Assembly: GCF_009914755.1 (NCBI RefSeq)
Contig: NC_060933.1
DNA from: the human T2T-CHM13v2.0 reference genome, Homo sapiens
DNA: 64,000 nt
Reading direction: 5' to 3' (one strand)
Both the position numbers and the translations under genes were made by a program. The notes beneath the pieces are model-generated. The model worked only from the letters and a program-made list of their open reading frames with translations. It was not told the DNA's origin and made no database searches. This document shows positions 40,861 through 54,324 of the stretch, piece after piece; positions within the stretch are counted from its first letter, which is position 1; the number at the start of each line of letters is the position of its first letter.

Positions 40861-42215
40861 GGTAGGAGATTTGATTTTAATAAATGATATTCTAACAGAA
40901 ATGTCAGCACTTCCTTTAACTTTACAAGAAAGAAATGTTTTAATTATTAAAGCTGACATAATTTGACAAACCAGCATAGTGATTGAACACAGAATACTAA
41001 CATATTATTCTTGACTCTGGTCAGCACAACATGATATGTGGTATAATGGTGTCAATAATGGAATAATTTTACATAAGTACCCACCTACATTTCATGGAAA
41101 ATATTGACACATTTTGACTTTGTCACTCATCATATTGACTTACCCTCTTTAGCTGTACATTTTGTAAGGATGCTTATGTTTTACATTGAGGTAGTTAGTA
41201 TAATTGAACATGACAATACCATAAACAGACATTTCTTGTGCCATTTTTCTAGAGACTACTATCCAAGGCAACATAAATCCATTAATCAATACCTTAATGT
41301 TTGATTGTTTATCTAACAATAAATTTACCCAACAATGATATTATGCAGAGCAACATTACTTCACCTTATTAAAAAATGCATTTTAGGAGATTCACTCAAA
41401 ATGAACATACATATGGTTGATTCTGTTGGACTATGCTCTGTCAGGGCAAGTACGTTGTCAATGTGATGGCCCCAAACCTTTGAATAGTACCTGACACATA
41501 GAAGGCTCTTAATAAACATTTGTTGCCTGAGTGAATGAATTCAATCCCTTGCTGTGAGCAATTAAACATAGTGAGCGATCAAAACAAGAAATAAAAATTA
41601 GGTTACCCTGATTGGTTCTTTTTGAACCTATGATTTCAAAGGCATCTAGGGAGTCAGGCTATGAGCTTGATACTTTTTTTTTTTTTCCACTGTTAGATTC
41701 TGGTTTTGTGTGGCCTAAAGCTCAAACACTTTCATGGGTCTGAGTTTAAAAAAAAAAAAAAAGCAAACTTACTTATAGGGCATTTATAGGGTTGGGCAAG
41801 TGTGGGTCCCTGAGGCTTAAGCTTTATTATCTTCAGAGTGAAATGTCACTATAGATTCATGCTTGTTGAATGAATGAATAAAGTCTTTTTTTCCTCCTAA
41901 AAATTAAAGCAAAACTTTTGTATTACCTCATTTTACTTTGACTTTGGCTCTTAAATTAGATAAAATTAGAATAGGCATAATATTAATCAAGTATTAGGAT
42001 AACTCAGACTAAAAAGAGTTAATTTTATTTTAAAAATATAATTGTCTAGGAAAACTTTAGCAACAAGTGAAATCCTGAAATTTAAAGCTATAAGGGGTAG
42101 AGTGGAATCAGCTAGGTGTGAAGACTGGGTAAACAGTGGAGGAGTGCACCCGCAGATCAGGCATCGGGAGCTTAGCTTCTAGCCATTAACTAAATGTGTG
42201 ATCTTGAGTATATCC

Positions 42216-42776
42216 TACAGAAATTCAGAAAATATGATTAGTTGTAGAGTTTATTTGAGTACAAAGCTTGAGGGCATGCACTTGGGAAGCACAGATTTCA
42301 AAGAATGGAAATCAATGCTTTGAAATATAAAGGTTTGGGGTCATTTATATAGACAGGTTTAGGGAAGCTTAAGAAAACGTCACCATCTTTCTATATAAGG
42401 TTTACTGTGTGGTTACAATGAGTTTAGGATAGAATTGGTTGAGATAGTCTTTTTCTTTCAGTAAAGGTATATTTAACATTCCACAGTGAAGATATAACAT
42501 TCATGAGATCTTCTGAGCTATCTGATCTAAGTTAGACAGAACAATATAGGAGAGTTAATCTATTAATATAACAAAGGTCAGTGATTAGAAGGGGAGAAGG
42601 TCTAGTCTCTGGTTTCTTCTAGTCATTTAAGAACAATGAGAAAGAGAGTTAATCCATAATCTAAGAAGCAGAAGTTGCAACTCTGTGCCATGCGACTCAC
42701 ATCACAGTCACAGCTCTCTCACAACTTAAAGTGTTTTGGGGATTCTAACAGCTTTTAGATTTTATTTATTTTCACA
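42216..42776. mobile_element. ERV solo LTR (MER4-group-like) inserted into a MIR
   Basis: 'agtttatttgagtacaaagcttgag…tttattttcaca' separates two MIR halves (~42165-42215 and ~42780-42840). Confidence 0.55.
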
Positions 42777-44380
42777 AGGAGGTCCCTCCTTTCTTTGCAG
42801 ATTCAGTTTTCTCACCTGCAAAATAAAGACTCCGTACTAGACAAACTGAGACTCCATCTGCTTTGAATTTTGATGCCTGTTTCTAAATAGATGGATTTGA
42901 AAACTCATTTCTGTAATCACAAAATCACATGTCAAAACAGACACTGAAAGAGAAAACATAGGGAGAAATGCTAATTTTACACTACATCTTATATCTCATT
43001 TGAGATTTTCCTTTATGTTAAAAAAGAAATGAAAAGTGGACTTCATTTGAATTCTGTCCTTTTTTGGAAACAATCCTGCTGATCTGACTCTTGAACTTCA
43101 TAACCCAAGTGGAGTTATTTATAATGCCAGTACTTTAAGTTAGTAAAGTGGTGCATCTTTATGGTAACAAGGAACAAAAGGAAGGTGATAGATTTGAAAT
43201 TTATGTAAGAACTTGGCTTTTGCCATTTATCTGAACACGACATCATCTTCTAGCCTTTTCTGTTAGTACAGGAAGTTGTTTCCTAATTTGGTTATTCAAT
43301 GTGATATTTTATTTTGCTTTTCTCACATCCTTTAGGGAGAACTGATATGTTAGAAGAAAAAGTACAACAGTGGATTCTATTAGAAAGAACAAATGAGAAA
43401 GAAATTAGGTATATTTAGGAGAAAGGATAAAATGAATGGCTCAAGTAGGCTTGTAGCTGCAACCAAATCAAAATATAAAAGGGTTACTATGACTACAAAG
43501 GCAGTATATTTGAATAAAAATGGATATGAAAGTCTCTTTCACATGCTAATCGAAATTGGAGGAAGTCTGTCATTTCAAACTGCAGACAGTCTTTCTCCAC
43601 CTCTTCTTCTACATTATGGCTTTTGGATTGAATCTGCTTTAAACGAAACTATTGCCCTGTGAAACTGAAAAGCACTTGGAGTTCCCTTGTGTAAGGGCTA
43701 GTTTACACCAGTTCTAGCACTGTGACTCTGATTCTTCATTTGTTCAGGGTCAGAGCCTCAGAACCCACCCCACTCGTTTTTTGTTTGTTTGTTTGTTTTC
43801 TGATGAAGAAAAAGCACAATGATCCACCTGAAACATCTTATCTTTAAGGTATAAGTCATCCCTTCTAAATGGTTATTCCTTTCAGTTAATTCAGAGAAGA
43901 CTTATAGAGCAAATTCTAAATGCAAGGCACTGTGGGGAAAGACATTTGTGGGGAAAGATAGATAATTTGGATTCTGCTCCCCAAGGACTCCCTACAGATG
44001 GGGAGTTACTGAGTAATCTTTTTGGGTTCTTTCTGGATCTTGCTTCAGGCACCTAAGAAATAGCCACTGTTCCTTGTAGTTAAACATAGATTGTGCTGGA
44101 AGGTGCCCGAAATAAAACCAGTATGGTAGTGTCAGCATTACCAGATGACACAGATGTACTTGAATTAACTGCAGTATTCTTTCTCATCTCTGATAAATTT
44201 AAAAAACATACATGGATTCTGCTTTTAAAAGGCATATGAGTAATGAATTGGAACTTACTTTATGTCCCATGAAAGAAATGGGTGACATTTACATAGAGTA
44301 TTTGACTATAGAATTCTTTGCCCTTAGAACAACAGTTAACAAGTTTAAGAACAAGAGTTTTCTGATTTAGTGTGGGAAAT

Positions 44381-44844
44381 TGTGAGAAAAATGCTAACCC
44401 GTCCAAACCCAAAGAATGGACTCAGAAGCACAAAAAACAGCAAAAAGTGAGACTTTTAATAGCGGTTTTGCAAGATCCGATGGATGTCTGGTAGGCAGAC
44501 ACATCCAGGGCAGCTACAACAGGTAATTTATCTCCTAGCACACAAGTCCCTCCCCCAGTTCCTCATTGGTTGAGCACTATGGGGTTACAGTCTTTCAGGA
44601 TATCGCCTAAGTTTCATTATCCCCCTTATAAGGTTATACCCCAGTTCCATTCCCTGCTTAAGTTTTGATTTCCCAGTAATGAAACTTTCTTCCCTTTTAT
44701 GGGCTGACCCCTCCTCTACATTCTGTTTGCTTATTATGACCTTCTAGGATCATGAGCCATGTGATTTGTTACATCCGCAGGCTGGCTGCCAGTGTTTAGA
44801 TTTACCATGCCTTACAAATGGACCATTTAAAATGTTTTCTTACA
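44381..44844 (-). mobile_element. ERV solo LTR (LTR47-like, tentative)
   Basis: TG…CA termini, 5-bp TSD GAAAT, minus-strand ATTAAA. Confidence 0.8.
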
Positions 44845-45336
44845 GAAATGAACATTTCAAGATTATTTAATGCCTAGATCATAATAAAGACTTACTGAGG
44901 ATGGGCCCCAATCTCCAAAGATTGAGGTTCTGAATCTTATTTCTGGTCCAGTCATAACCTGTGGTTACATATTTGCAAATAAATGAGTTAATGAGTATAC
45001 CTTTGGCTTTTTTGTTTTTCTGTTGTTAACTTTTTAATTATGTACATGTATAACTTTAATTTTTTTTATACGTCCACAGGAGTCATCTGGGTGATGGAAT
45101 GATAGGATAGTTTTGGTTTTCTTTCTAATATCTATGTATTTTTTAAAATCCATCAACAGTGGACTTAGAAAAAGCAAAAGAAAACAACAAAATCTGTTGG
45201 ATTTCTAAAAAAATTACACAGGTACAGATTAAATGCTCTGAGATGCAACAGAGTAAAAATAAATAAAGACGTTAACATGTTAAGGATTTACAAAACTAAC
45301 GTACCTGGTGGAAGATTATTTTCTCAGTATACCAAA

Positions 45337-45914
45337 TGATACAGGAGTTAAGAAGAAATTACGTAGGCAGATAGTGAGGGTATGGAAGCCCTCCGTAAGG
45401 ATTTTTTTAATGAAAAGCAGCCCCAAATCATTTTCCTTGCTAACAACAGCAGCCTATAAAATCGAGCTGCAGACATAGATGCCTGCAGTTGTGCCAATCA
45501 TGTTCAAGATGGCGGCTCTGTCTTCCCTTCTCTTTGTCAGCCACATGTACAGTAAGGAGCGGACAGGATGGCAGGAGCCAAGGGGAAAGTTCATTTTCAT
45601 AATAAGATTAGGGTGGGGCAGCCAGCCTTCCCCTGCACTATGTAAACGTCATACCTGATCGAACCGATCTGTGAGCCCTATGTAAATCGGACACCACCTC
45701 CTCAAACCTGACTATAACTTCCGTTGCATCAGCCACCTGCTGGTCTTTCCTCTTGGAAGTTCCCTCTCTCTATAGAGAGAGCTGTTTTACTTTCTCTTTT
45801 CTTTTACCTATTAAACCTCCACTCCTAAACTACTCGTGTGTGTCCGTGTCCTAAATTTTCCTGGTGCCAGACAACAAACCCCGGGTATATACCCCAGACA
45901 ACGCAGCCACTTCA
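45337..45914 (+). mobile_element. ERV1 solo LTR (LTR43-like, tentative)
   Basis: TGATACAGGAGTTAAGAAG…CACTTCA; ATTAAA near 45810; near-TSD CAAA/CAAT. Confidence 0.8.
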
Positions 45915-46944
45915 CAATGAAGAGTCTGTAGAATATTTCAGTTTGGGAAACTCCGATCTAGCTCTTGGGGCATAGAGGCCACACTGCTGGCTAGAACTAT
46001 AGCAAGCAGCAAAGAGAAATTTAACTCAGAGAGAGTAAGTGGTATACTGAAGTCTAAAAGTGGGGAGAGGTGGTTCCAGGGATTAGTGAGGGTAGCTGGG
46101 ACATCCCCAGCTCCCCGAGGAGCACCTGTGCTCATGCCAGGCACAGTCTCAGGAGAACAGATACCCCAGCCACTGGAAGTTTGGACATCCACAGCAGAGG
46201 GTCCTCAGTGCATGAGAGTGAGCTGCCAGGTGGAGCAGGTAAGGTTAATATTTGCAGGTATTTTATCTGTTAATAAAAAGTGTCTGTTTTTAGAGACTAG
46301 TCTTTTTAAAAGAAAAACCTGTGTAAATAGGAAATAACACAAGGAACTGTGATTAAGCCAAACAGTTCGAGACAAAATAGGAACTGTATCAGGAACATGA
46401 AGAACTGATCGGCTCTAATGGTCACTGGAGGAAATGGGTTCCCACAGTCCATCGGTGTTACACATTTCCATAACTATGTAAAAAGAGGGTACATCTATGT
46501 GTTCCAAGATGCTAACTTACTTTAATGTCTGAAGAAAGAGAGCTGATTCAGTTAATGCGTCCGCTTAAGTAGCCAGTTATAAGGAAAACCATAATAAAAT
46601 CCATAGCTCTTTTGTATACAACTGGTAACTTGTTAGAAAACAAAATGGACAATGACAGTTTATCATAATAATTTTAAAAACTATGTAATAACCAATATTG
46701 AGGATAATCTTAAAAAAATGTGTGAGGTCCAAAGAAAGAAATGTACAAAATTTGTAGCATAGTTGACTAGAAAAATAGGTATATAAAATATTAATCACAT
46801 TTTTATTCTTTAAAATTTTAAAATAAAACATACTGGGAACGTTTCTAACTGAAATGTTTGAAAATAAAATTCTTCTTCTTATTCTCTCCACAACCTCTTT
46901 CACTCCGCAAACAGTGAACAATCTGCTATGTATCTTTCAAATAA

Positions 46945-47278
46945 GTTACGGACTGAATGCTCATTTGCCCCACAAAATTCATATGTTGAAATTGATGTTA
47001 TTGAGGTGGGGATTTGGGAGGTAATTAGGACATGAGGGGGAACCCTCATGAATGAGATGAGTGCCTTTATAAGAAGAGGCTGAAGAGCTAGCTCCCTCTC
47101 TTTCTGCCATACAATGAGAAATTGACAGTCTGCAACCTAGAAGGGGACCCTCAACAGAGCCCAAACATATTGGCACCCTGATCTCAGACTTCCAGCCCCT
47201 AGATTGTGAGAAATAAATTCTGCTGTTTAGAAGCTACCCAGTCTATGGTACTTTGTTATAGCACACCAAACTAAAACA
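46945..47278 (+). mobile_element. MLT1A-like MaLR LTR
   Basis: 'caaaattcatatgttgaaa…agaaataaattctgctgtttagaagctacccagtctatggtactttgttatagc'. Confidence 0.8.
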
Positions 47279-47279
47279 A

Positions 47280-49230
47280 AATATTTGCAGTATTTATTTC
47301 AGTTACATTACTGAACTTAAATTTGCAATGGGTTCATTTACATATAATGTAATTACAGTTATATTTGATTTGATATATCAACTTGCTATTTGATTTACCT
47401 ATTTTTCTATCTTTTTCTTTCTTTTCCTGCTTTCTTTGGAATTAATCAAATAATTTTTATTATTCCATTTACCTCAGCCTTCCAAAGTGCTGGGATTACA
47501 GGCATCAGCCACTGTGCCTAGCCTCTATTAACTTTTATTTTTACATTTATTTTTTACCATTTTTTCAGAGGTTAATTTCAGCGTGCATCCTCAATTAATT
47601 TTAGTCAAATATGGATTATCTTTTACCACTTTTCTGATAACACTAAAACTTTAGATACTTTTAACTTAATTATCTCTGTGCTTTTATATTTTATTTCTAT
47701 ACATATTTTAAACCTTGCAAGACATTATTATTATCATTGCTTTGTATACTCAATATTTCATTTTTAAAATCTTTTTCATTGCTTTTCTTTACTGCCTGCA
47801 TTTCTGTGTTTCAATCTGGAATAGTTTTCTTTCTGGCTGAAAAACTTTCTTTAGTATTTCTCTTAGTGCAGGTTTGCTGATAAAAATTCTGTTTTGTTTA
47901 TTTGAAAACATCTTTATTTTGCTTTCATTTTTGAAGAATAATTTCACTGGATATACAGTTTTAGACTAAATGTAATTTTCTTTAATTTCTTTCAATACAC
48001 CATCTCATTATTGTCTGGCTTTCAGAAGTTCTGGTGAGAAATTACTTTCCATTTAATTGTTGTTATTGTTGTTGTATTTGAAGATAACATACTGTTTTTT
48101 CTTAGCTGCTCTGTGGAATGATTTCTATTTTTTCAAATCACTTTTGGAAATTCTTCAATCCTTCAAAATTTCTTCAATTTTCCCCCATATTCTTTTTTCT
48201 CTTCTTTTGGGAATCCAATTAAATTTATGTTAAACTTTGTATTATGTGTATTGTACATTCTTCTAAATTTTATATCCTGTTTTCTCTTAGTGCATCACTC
48301 TAGGTATTTCCCAGCAATCTATCTTCTACTTCACTAATGCTCTCTATTGCTATCTCTAATCTCTTGTTAAACCCATGATTTGAATTCTTACTTTCAGGTA
48401 TTATGTTTTTTAGTCCTAGAACTTTCATTTGATTCTTTTTATGAATTCTAATTATATAATACATTTCTTTATCTTTTTGTCTGTTTTCTCTAACATATTA
48501 ATCTTGCCATTTAAAAATCTTTGATAACTCCAATGTAAGAACCACCTGTAGTTCTACATCTGTTGTCTAATTTTTCTCTTAATTTTGTGGCATATGGTAC
48601 TGTCTTTTGGAGTGTATAATAAATTTGACTGAATGCCAAATATTGTTTATTACTAGATAGCCTCCAGATAATTTTATCTCCTTCCAGAAAGTATTCACCA
48701 TTTTTTTTGACAGAAAAAATTGGGTCTGATAATCTTATTCTGTTTAGCCACTTTAGTTTCAGTAAGTGTCTGCCTACTTCCGTTATTCTTTGCTCCTAAG
48801 GTGTATCCCTCCAGGGCTTTCAACGAAGAGCCTGATGTATTTTCTGGGCACCTGAAACGTCCTGAGTTCTAATCCTTGCCTCTTAGCTGAAAACTCTGTT
48901 CTGTTTTCCAGAGGCTTTCTACTTAGCTCCTTAGTCTCCTGCTCAGTTTAGTTTCAGAATTTGGTAAATGGTTAAAAGAGGAACCAGCCACATGTCAGGC
49001 TTAGTTCTCTGCCCCTGCCTTCCTCAGAGTTTTTGGCCCAGGATATTTCTAATTTTGATTTTCCAGCCCCATGACACAATCAAAATCTCTACTGGTTTCC
49101 CAGTTAGCAGCCCTCTGTTTCTGCAAAGCCTGGAATCTCAATCACCTCTTGCCCTGGCTCAGAATGGGCAAATACCCTCAGAGAGAAGCAGTTGCAAATG
49201 ATCAGCTCAACTCACTTCTCCATCATCTTC
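47280..49230 (-). mobile_element. Old L1M 5'/ORF1 remnant with a short Alu fragment at ~47470-47525
   Basis: T-rich antisense L1M text ('tagtgcaggtttgctgataaaaattct', 'tttgaagaataatttcactggatatac'). Confidence 0.65.
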
Positions 49231-49233
49231 CTC

Positions 49234-49534
49234 TTTTTTTTTTTTTTTTTTTTTTTGAGATGCAGTCTCACTCTGTCACCTAGGCTGGAATGCAGTGGCA
49301 CGATCTCGGCTCACTGCAATCTCCACCTCCTGGGTTCAAGTGATTCTTGTGCCTCCCTGAGTAGCTGGGACTACAGGCGCACACCACCATGTCTGGCTAA
49401 TTTTTGTGTTTTTTGGTAGAGAAGGGGTTTTGCCTTGTTGGCCAGGCTGGTCTCAAACTCCTGGCCTGAAATGATCTACTCACCTGAGCCTTCCAAAGTG
49501 CTGGGATTACAGGTATGAACCACCACGTCCAGCC
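49234..49534 (-). mobile_element. Alu (S/J-type)
   Basis: Full reverse Alu; TSD CATCTTCCTC(TTTT). Confidence 0.93.
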
Positions 49535-49562
49535 CATCTTCCTCTTTTCAAAATTTAATCCT

Positions 49563-49927
49563 TGTTGTGATCTGAATGTTTGCATCCCCTCAAAATTCAT
49601 ATGTTGAAACCAAATCATCAAAGTGATGATATTTGGAGGTGGGTGCCTTTGGGACGTGATTAGGTCAGGAAGGTGCAGACCCCCTGAATGGGATTAGTGC
49701 CCTTATAAAGAGACCATAAAGAGCTAGCTAGTCCTTTCCACCATGTGAGGACATAGGGAGAATGCACCATTTCTATAAACCTGGAAATGGGCCCTCATCA
49801 GACAGTAAATCTCAGGCACCTTGATCTTGGACTTCCCAACCTCCAGAAGTGAGAAATAAATTTCTATTGTTTATTAGCTACCCAAGGTCATAGTACTTTG
49901 CTATAGGGGCCCAAATGAATTATGGCA
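49563..49927 (+). mobile_element. MLT1A-like MaLR LTR
   Basis: 'tctgaatgtttgcatcccctcaaaattcatatgttgaaacc…gaatgggattagtgcccttataaag'. Confidence 0.8.
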
Positions 49928-52430
49928 TTTCCTATAGTTCTAGTGGCTTTAGTAGCCCCTTAATGGCTTTAAACATATTTGTTGTTTGTTTTATATTTTT
50001 GTTTAGCTTTTCTAATGGTTCTTATTGGGAATATTGGTCTGCTGTAAGTTATTCATCATACCCACTGATATCTCATTGTCCAGACTCTATAATATGGTCA
50101 TATCTCACACTGAGAAAGATAATTATTTTTTATTTTGAATGACAATATGCCAAATAAAAATCAAGATTCTGTCCTCAGGAAAGAATGGGGAGCCTGGATG
50201 TTGGGGTAAGCAACTAGCACTCTGTTCCAAAGTGAGAGGTGGAAGCCAGTTATAGTCTCATGGAAGGATAGGGAGTGGTTTTCACATATACTGGGGAAAT
50301 GAGTTGCCAGAATCCACCTCTGACTTACGAGAGCTCATAAAACAATAATAACTTGGTTAACATTTGTTATCAAAATCATCCAACTCTCTATGTTCAGATC
50401 CATGCTTACCAAACAACCTTGAGGTAGTAATTGAGCTTTCCTTAGAGACTTGGAGAGAATGTGCTAATCCTCAGAAATGAATCTTCCAGTTCATTTGGCA
50501 GTTGTATTTCTAAAGGTAAATAATCAAAACCAGTGTCTAGGGCCATAATCTGCATGAAGAACCGGTCTTTTTTGGCTCACTTTGCCCTGGATAAAATGAC
50601 AAAATATAGTTTCTTGACCTACTAGAACTTGATTGCTGCTGTGATTCTCTTATGAAAATATTGTCAGCATTTAGACATTAGGAATCTCTTGCTAAATTTA
50701 GCAGCAGGTTCCTGTCTATGAAGTAAAAAATGAATCCTGTTTAGAAAAGAATCTTGAAAATGATGTCTCAGTTTCTAACAGAAAGGTAAAAAATTTTATA
50801 AGAGTGATGAACACTGAAAAGATAATGTCTGAAAACAGTTTTCTCCTTATGTTAGGTTTGGAAAATGTGGTCTTGAAATTTGGTGAAAATACAACTCACA
50901 GAGAATTCTAAAAGACTACCCCTCAGACTGATTGGTCTGCAATTTGGGATTTATGAAAAATGTTTGCTCTTTTTAAAGATAGAGGAGAATTATAGATTTT
51001 GGCTAATCAGAGAGAACTTTCCTATTAAGTTAATCACTACAAACCCTGGGCCCTAAGACACAGAAGAGATTTAAATTCTGAGAGTAAGAGCTCTCTTGGT
51101 ACCCAATTCAATTTTATGGGAATAATCAGATGATTAAGAGAAAAAAGTAGTGACTCAAGAGGTCTTTGGGATTCTCCTGCAAATTCTGAACAAGGCACTT
51201 AATTTTTCAAATTCTCATTTCTTCCTTTTCCAATCTGTTATGGAAGATAAAATCTGGCCTCTGAGGATACATTGCTTGTACTAATGAAATAATAACTGGA
51301 AAGATTTTGTGTTCATTGGATGGGTTCTGGGACAATTTCCCCAAAACCTGTTCCTTCCTAATTGTCAGCTCACTTAAAATTCAGCACTTTATTACTGTTT
51401 TTGCATCATTTTGAGTGCTCATATCCTTTTTTTCCTTTTAAAACCCCTTTTAAATATTTTTAGACACTAATCCATTTAGTTCTTAATCTTATAGGCTCAG
51501 ATGTATGCCATGGAACCTATCCCTAGAAAAATGCGTTATGCACAAATCCACAAACTTTTGCCTGCAGTTTCAAAAGAGTCACCGGCTCTTAAATTAAAGG
51601 AGATATAACACATTTTAAATTCTTTCATATATATGGTTGTTGAGTTTTGAACACTTTGTTAACAGTTAGGCTCTTTTGTATCCCTAAGGATATATTCCTA
51701 CTTCTGAATATTTTACTTTTCACCATTTCAAGTTCATAACATCACACTGGATTATAAAACAAAGAAATATGTACAATAATTGTAGCCCATGTAATGGGTA
51801 ATGGAGTATAAGTATTAATAATTCCAATAAATTCCATGTTGGGACAGGTGTGATTATCCATGTATTTTTTGCCCCTTTTTTTTTTTTTTTTTTTTTTTTA
51901 CCTTAATCAGAATGTGTTATTTCCTGATTGCTTTGATGGCTTTTCCCAGGCTTACCTGGTTTGTGACAACCGGCTGCTAAAATCAACAATCATGCTGATT
52001 TCTTTTAGTTTTTCACGAGTGTGCTTTCTTACTAGGAGTATTCTGTGCATGCTTTTCCTTCTGTCTTTCTTTCCTTCTTTGCATAGTTAAATCCTCCTCA
52101 GCCTCACCTAGTTGGCGAGTGGCTTTCCTCCACATGGTTATTCAGGGACTCAGGCTCTTTCTGTTTTGTTACTCCACTATCCCCTAGGATCTTAGAGTCC
52201 TCTACTTCAAGCAGGGGAAAGAAAGATAAAGAAAGCATTCATTTATAATATCCTTGACCCAGAAGTGACACGCATTACCTCCAAACACATTCTGATGGTA
52301 AGAGCTACTCACATGGCTCTACCCAAGGTGCAAAGGTGTTTGAGAAATGGGACTCCTGAATGACCAGCCACTTCCTAGGGTCATCTCAACACTGTGGAAG
52401 GGGACACATTAATTTTTGGTGGTAGCTACC

Positions 52431-52853
52431 TGTATTACACCATGCTTGCATTGCTATAAGGAAACACCCAAGACTGGGTAATTTATAAGAAAAGAGATTT
52501 AATTGGCTCATAGTTCTGCAGGCTATATAGGAAGCATAGCACTGGCATCTCATCTGCTTCTTGTGAAGCCTCAGGAAGCTTACAATCATGGCAGAAGATG
52601 AAGGGGAGCAGGCATATCACATGGCAGGAGCAGGAGCAAGAGAGGGCAAGGGAGGTGCCACATACTTTTAAACAACCAGATCTCGTGAGAACTCACTCAC
52701 TATGGCAAGAACACCACCAAGAGGATGGCACTAAACCATTCATGAGAAACTCACTCCCATGATCCAATCACCTCCTACAAGGCCCTACCTCCAATACTGG
52801 GGATTACAATTCAACATGAAATTTGGGTGAGGACAAACATACAAACTATATCA
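52431..52853 (-). mobile_element. MSTA MaLR solo LTR nested in an older MLT1 LTR (~52000-52870)
   Basis: TG…CA termini, 423 bp, 5-bp TSD CTACC. Confidence 0.9.
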
Positions 52854-53644
52854 CTACCTATCTCTGCCACTCCATGATGTACCACAGCATGTAGCATAGT
52901 AGCACTTAATAAGTATTCATAGAATGCATGAATGAAAAAGGAATGAATGCAATTGTTTGAAGTAGTTCGTGATTCGTATTATAACAATTTCACATCTGGT
53001 GTACAGAATTTGGAGAAGCACATACTATCAAAATAATCATCTGGAAGACACTGTGAGTTCTCGGTTTCATATATCAAAATGCACCAGGAGGGGCAACTTC
53101 ACTCTTAAATCTCTGCTTCAGTCTGCCAGCTTGGATCATTCCACACATTTATCAAAAGAAATGGAAGAAGCAACTATAGGGAGTTATGCCTGAGACTCCT
53201 GCTTGAATTTTATCCTGCCCATTTCATACTGTATCATGAGTTAATTGCCCAAAAGAGGCAAAAGATAGTATAACATCAGAACAGAAAAAGAACCAATCAA
53301 AAGTGGGTGGAATTTGGGTTAACTGATCATTGAGCAAACCAACCTGTTCCCATTGGATGACTTTATATATCTATATGCAATATATAAATTATATATTAAA
53401 TTTTATGTATATTCACTTAACATTTTATGTATATTCATTTTTTATATATTCATGTATATTAATTTTATAATGGCCATATGAAGTATTAGAGATATGGAAT
53501 TAGGCATATATAGAACACATCAGGAAACTTTTTGCCTCTTCTACATTATAGCTAAGATTTGATTATAAAATATAGAGTTTGATTACGTGGCAAGTGAAAT
53601 TCTGCTTGCACCAAATCCCTAAATGTTAACCTTATAATGTATCT

Positions 53645-53964
53645 TTTTATTTATTTATTTTTTAAGAGACAAATTCTTGCTCTGTTGCTCAGGCTGGAGT
53701 GCAGTGGTACAACCATAGCTCACTGCAGCCTCTCACTCCTGAGTTCAAGGGATCCTCCTGCCTCAGCCTACTGAGTGAGTAGCTGGGACTACAGGTACAC
53801 CCTACTACATCCAGCTAATTTTAAAATCTTTTATAGGGATGGAGTCTATGTTACCCAGGCTGGTCTTGAACTCTTGGCCTCAAGACATCCTCCCACCTCA
53901 AGTAATCCTCCCACTTTAGCCTCCCAAAGTGCTGGCTTTACAGGCATGAGCCACCACACTAGCC
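53645..53964 (-). mobile_element. AluJ SINE
   Basis: J-type 'catagctcactgcagcctc', 'atcctcccac'; TSD TATAA(T/C)GTATCTTT. Confidence 0.9.
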
Positions 53965-54324
53965 TATAACGTATCTTTAAATATGTACCTTTACTGAGGA
54001 GTTAATCTGATAAGATTAACAAGGACTACGAGATTTATTTATCTTCAATCTTTGGTGCAATACCTGGTGCATTTTAGAGTCTCCGGCCTTGTTTTCCACA
54101 TTCTTGTAACATTCCTCCAGTTCATCCAGCTCTGTTTTTCACAAAGTCTCTAACTCCTACCTGCTACAAGGTGCTTCATGTTCTCACCAGTCTTAATTTG
54201 TGTGGCTAGCTAGGAGAGCCAGAGAAGCAGAGAATCTGTAAGCTGGAAAGGACTTCAACTTCAATGGGATAAATCTGCTCTTTGATCTGATGAATGAATT
54301 CAAAATAAAGAGTTAAGGACTTCA

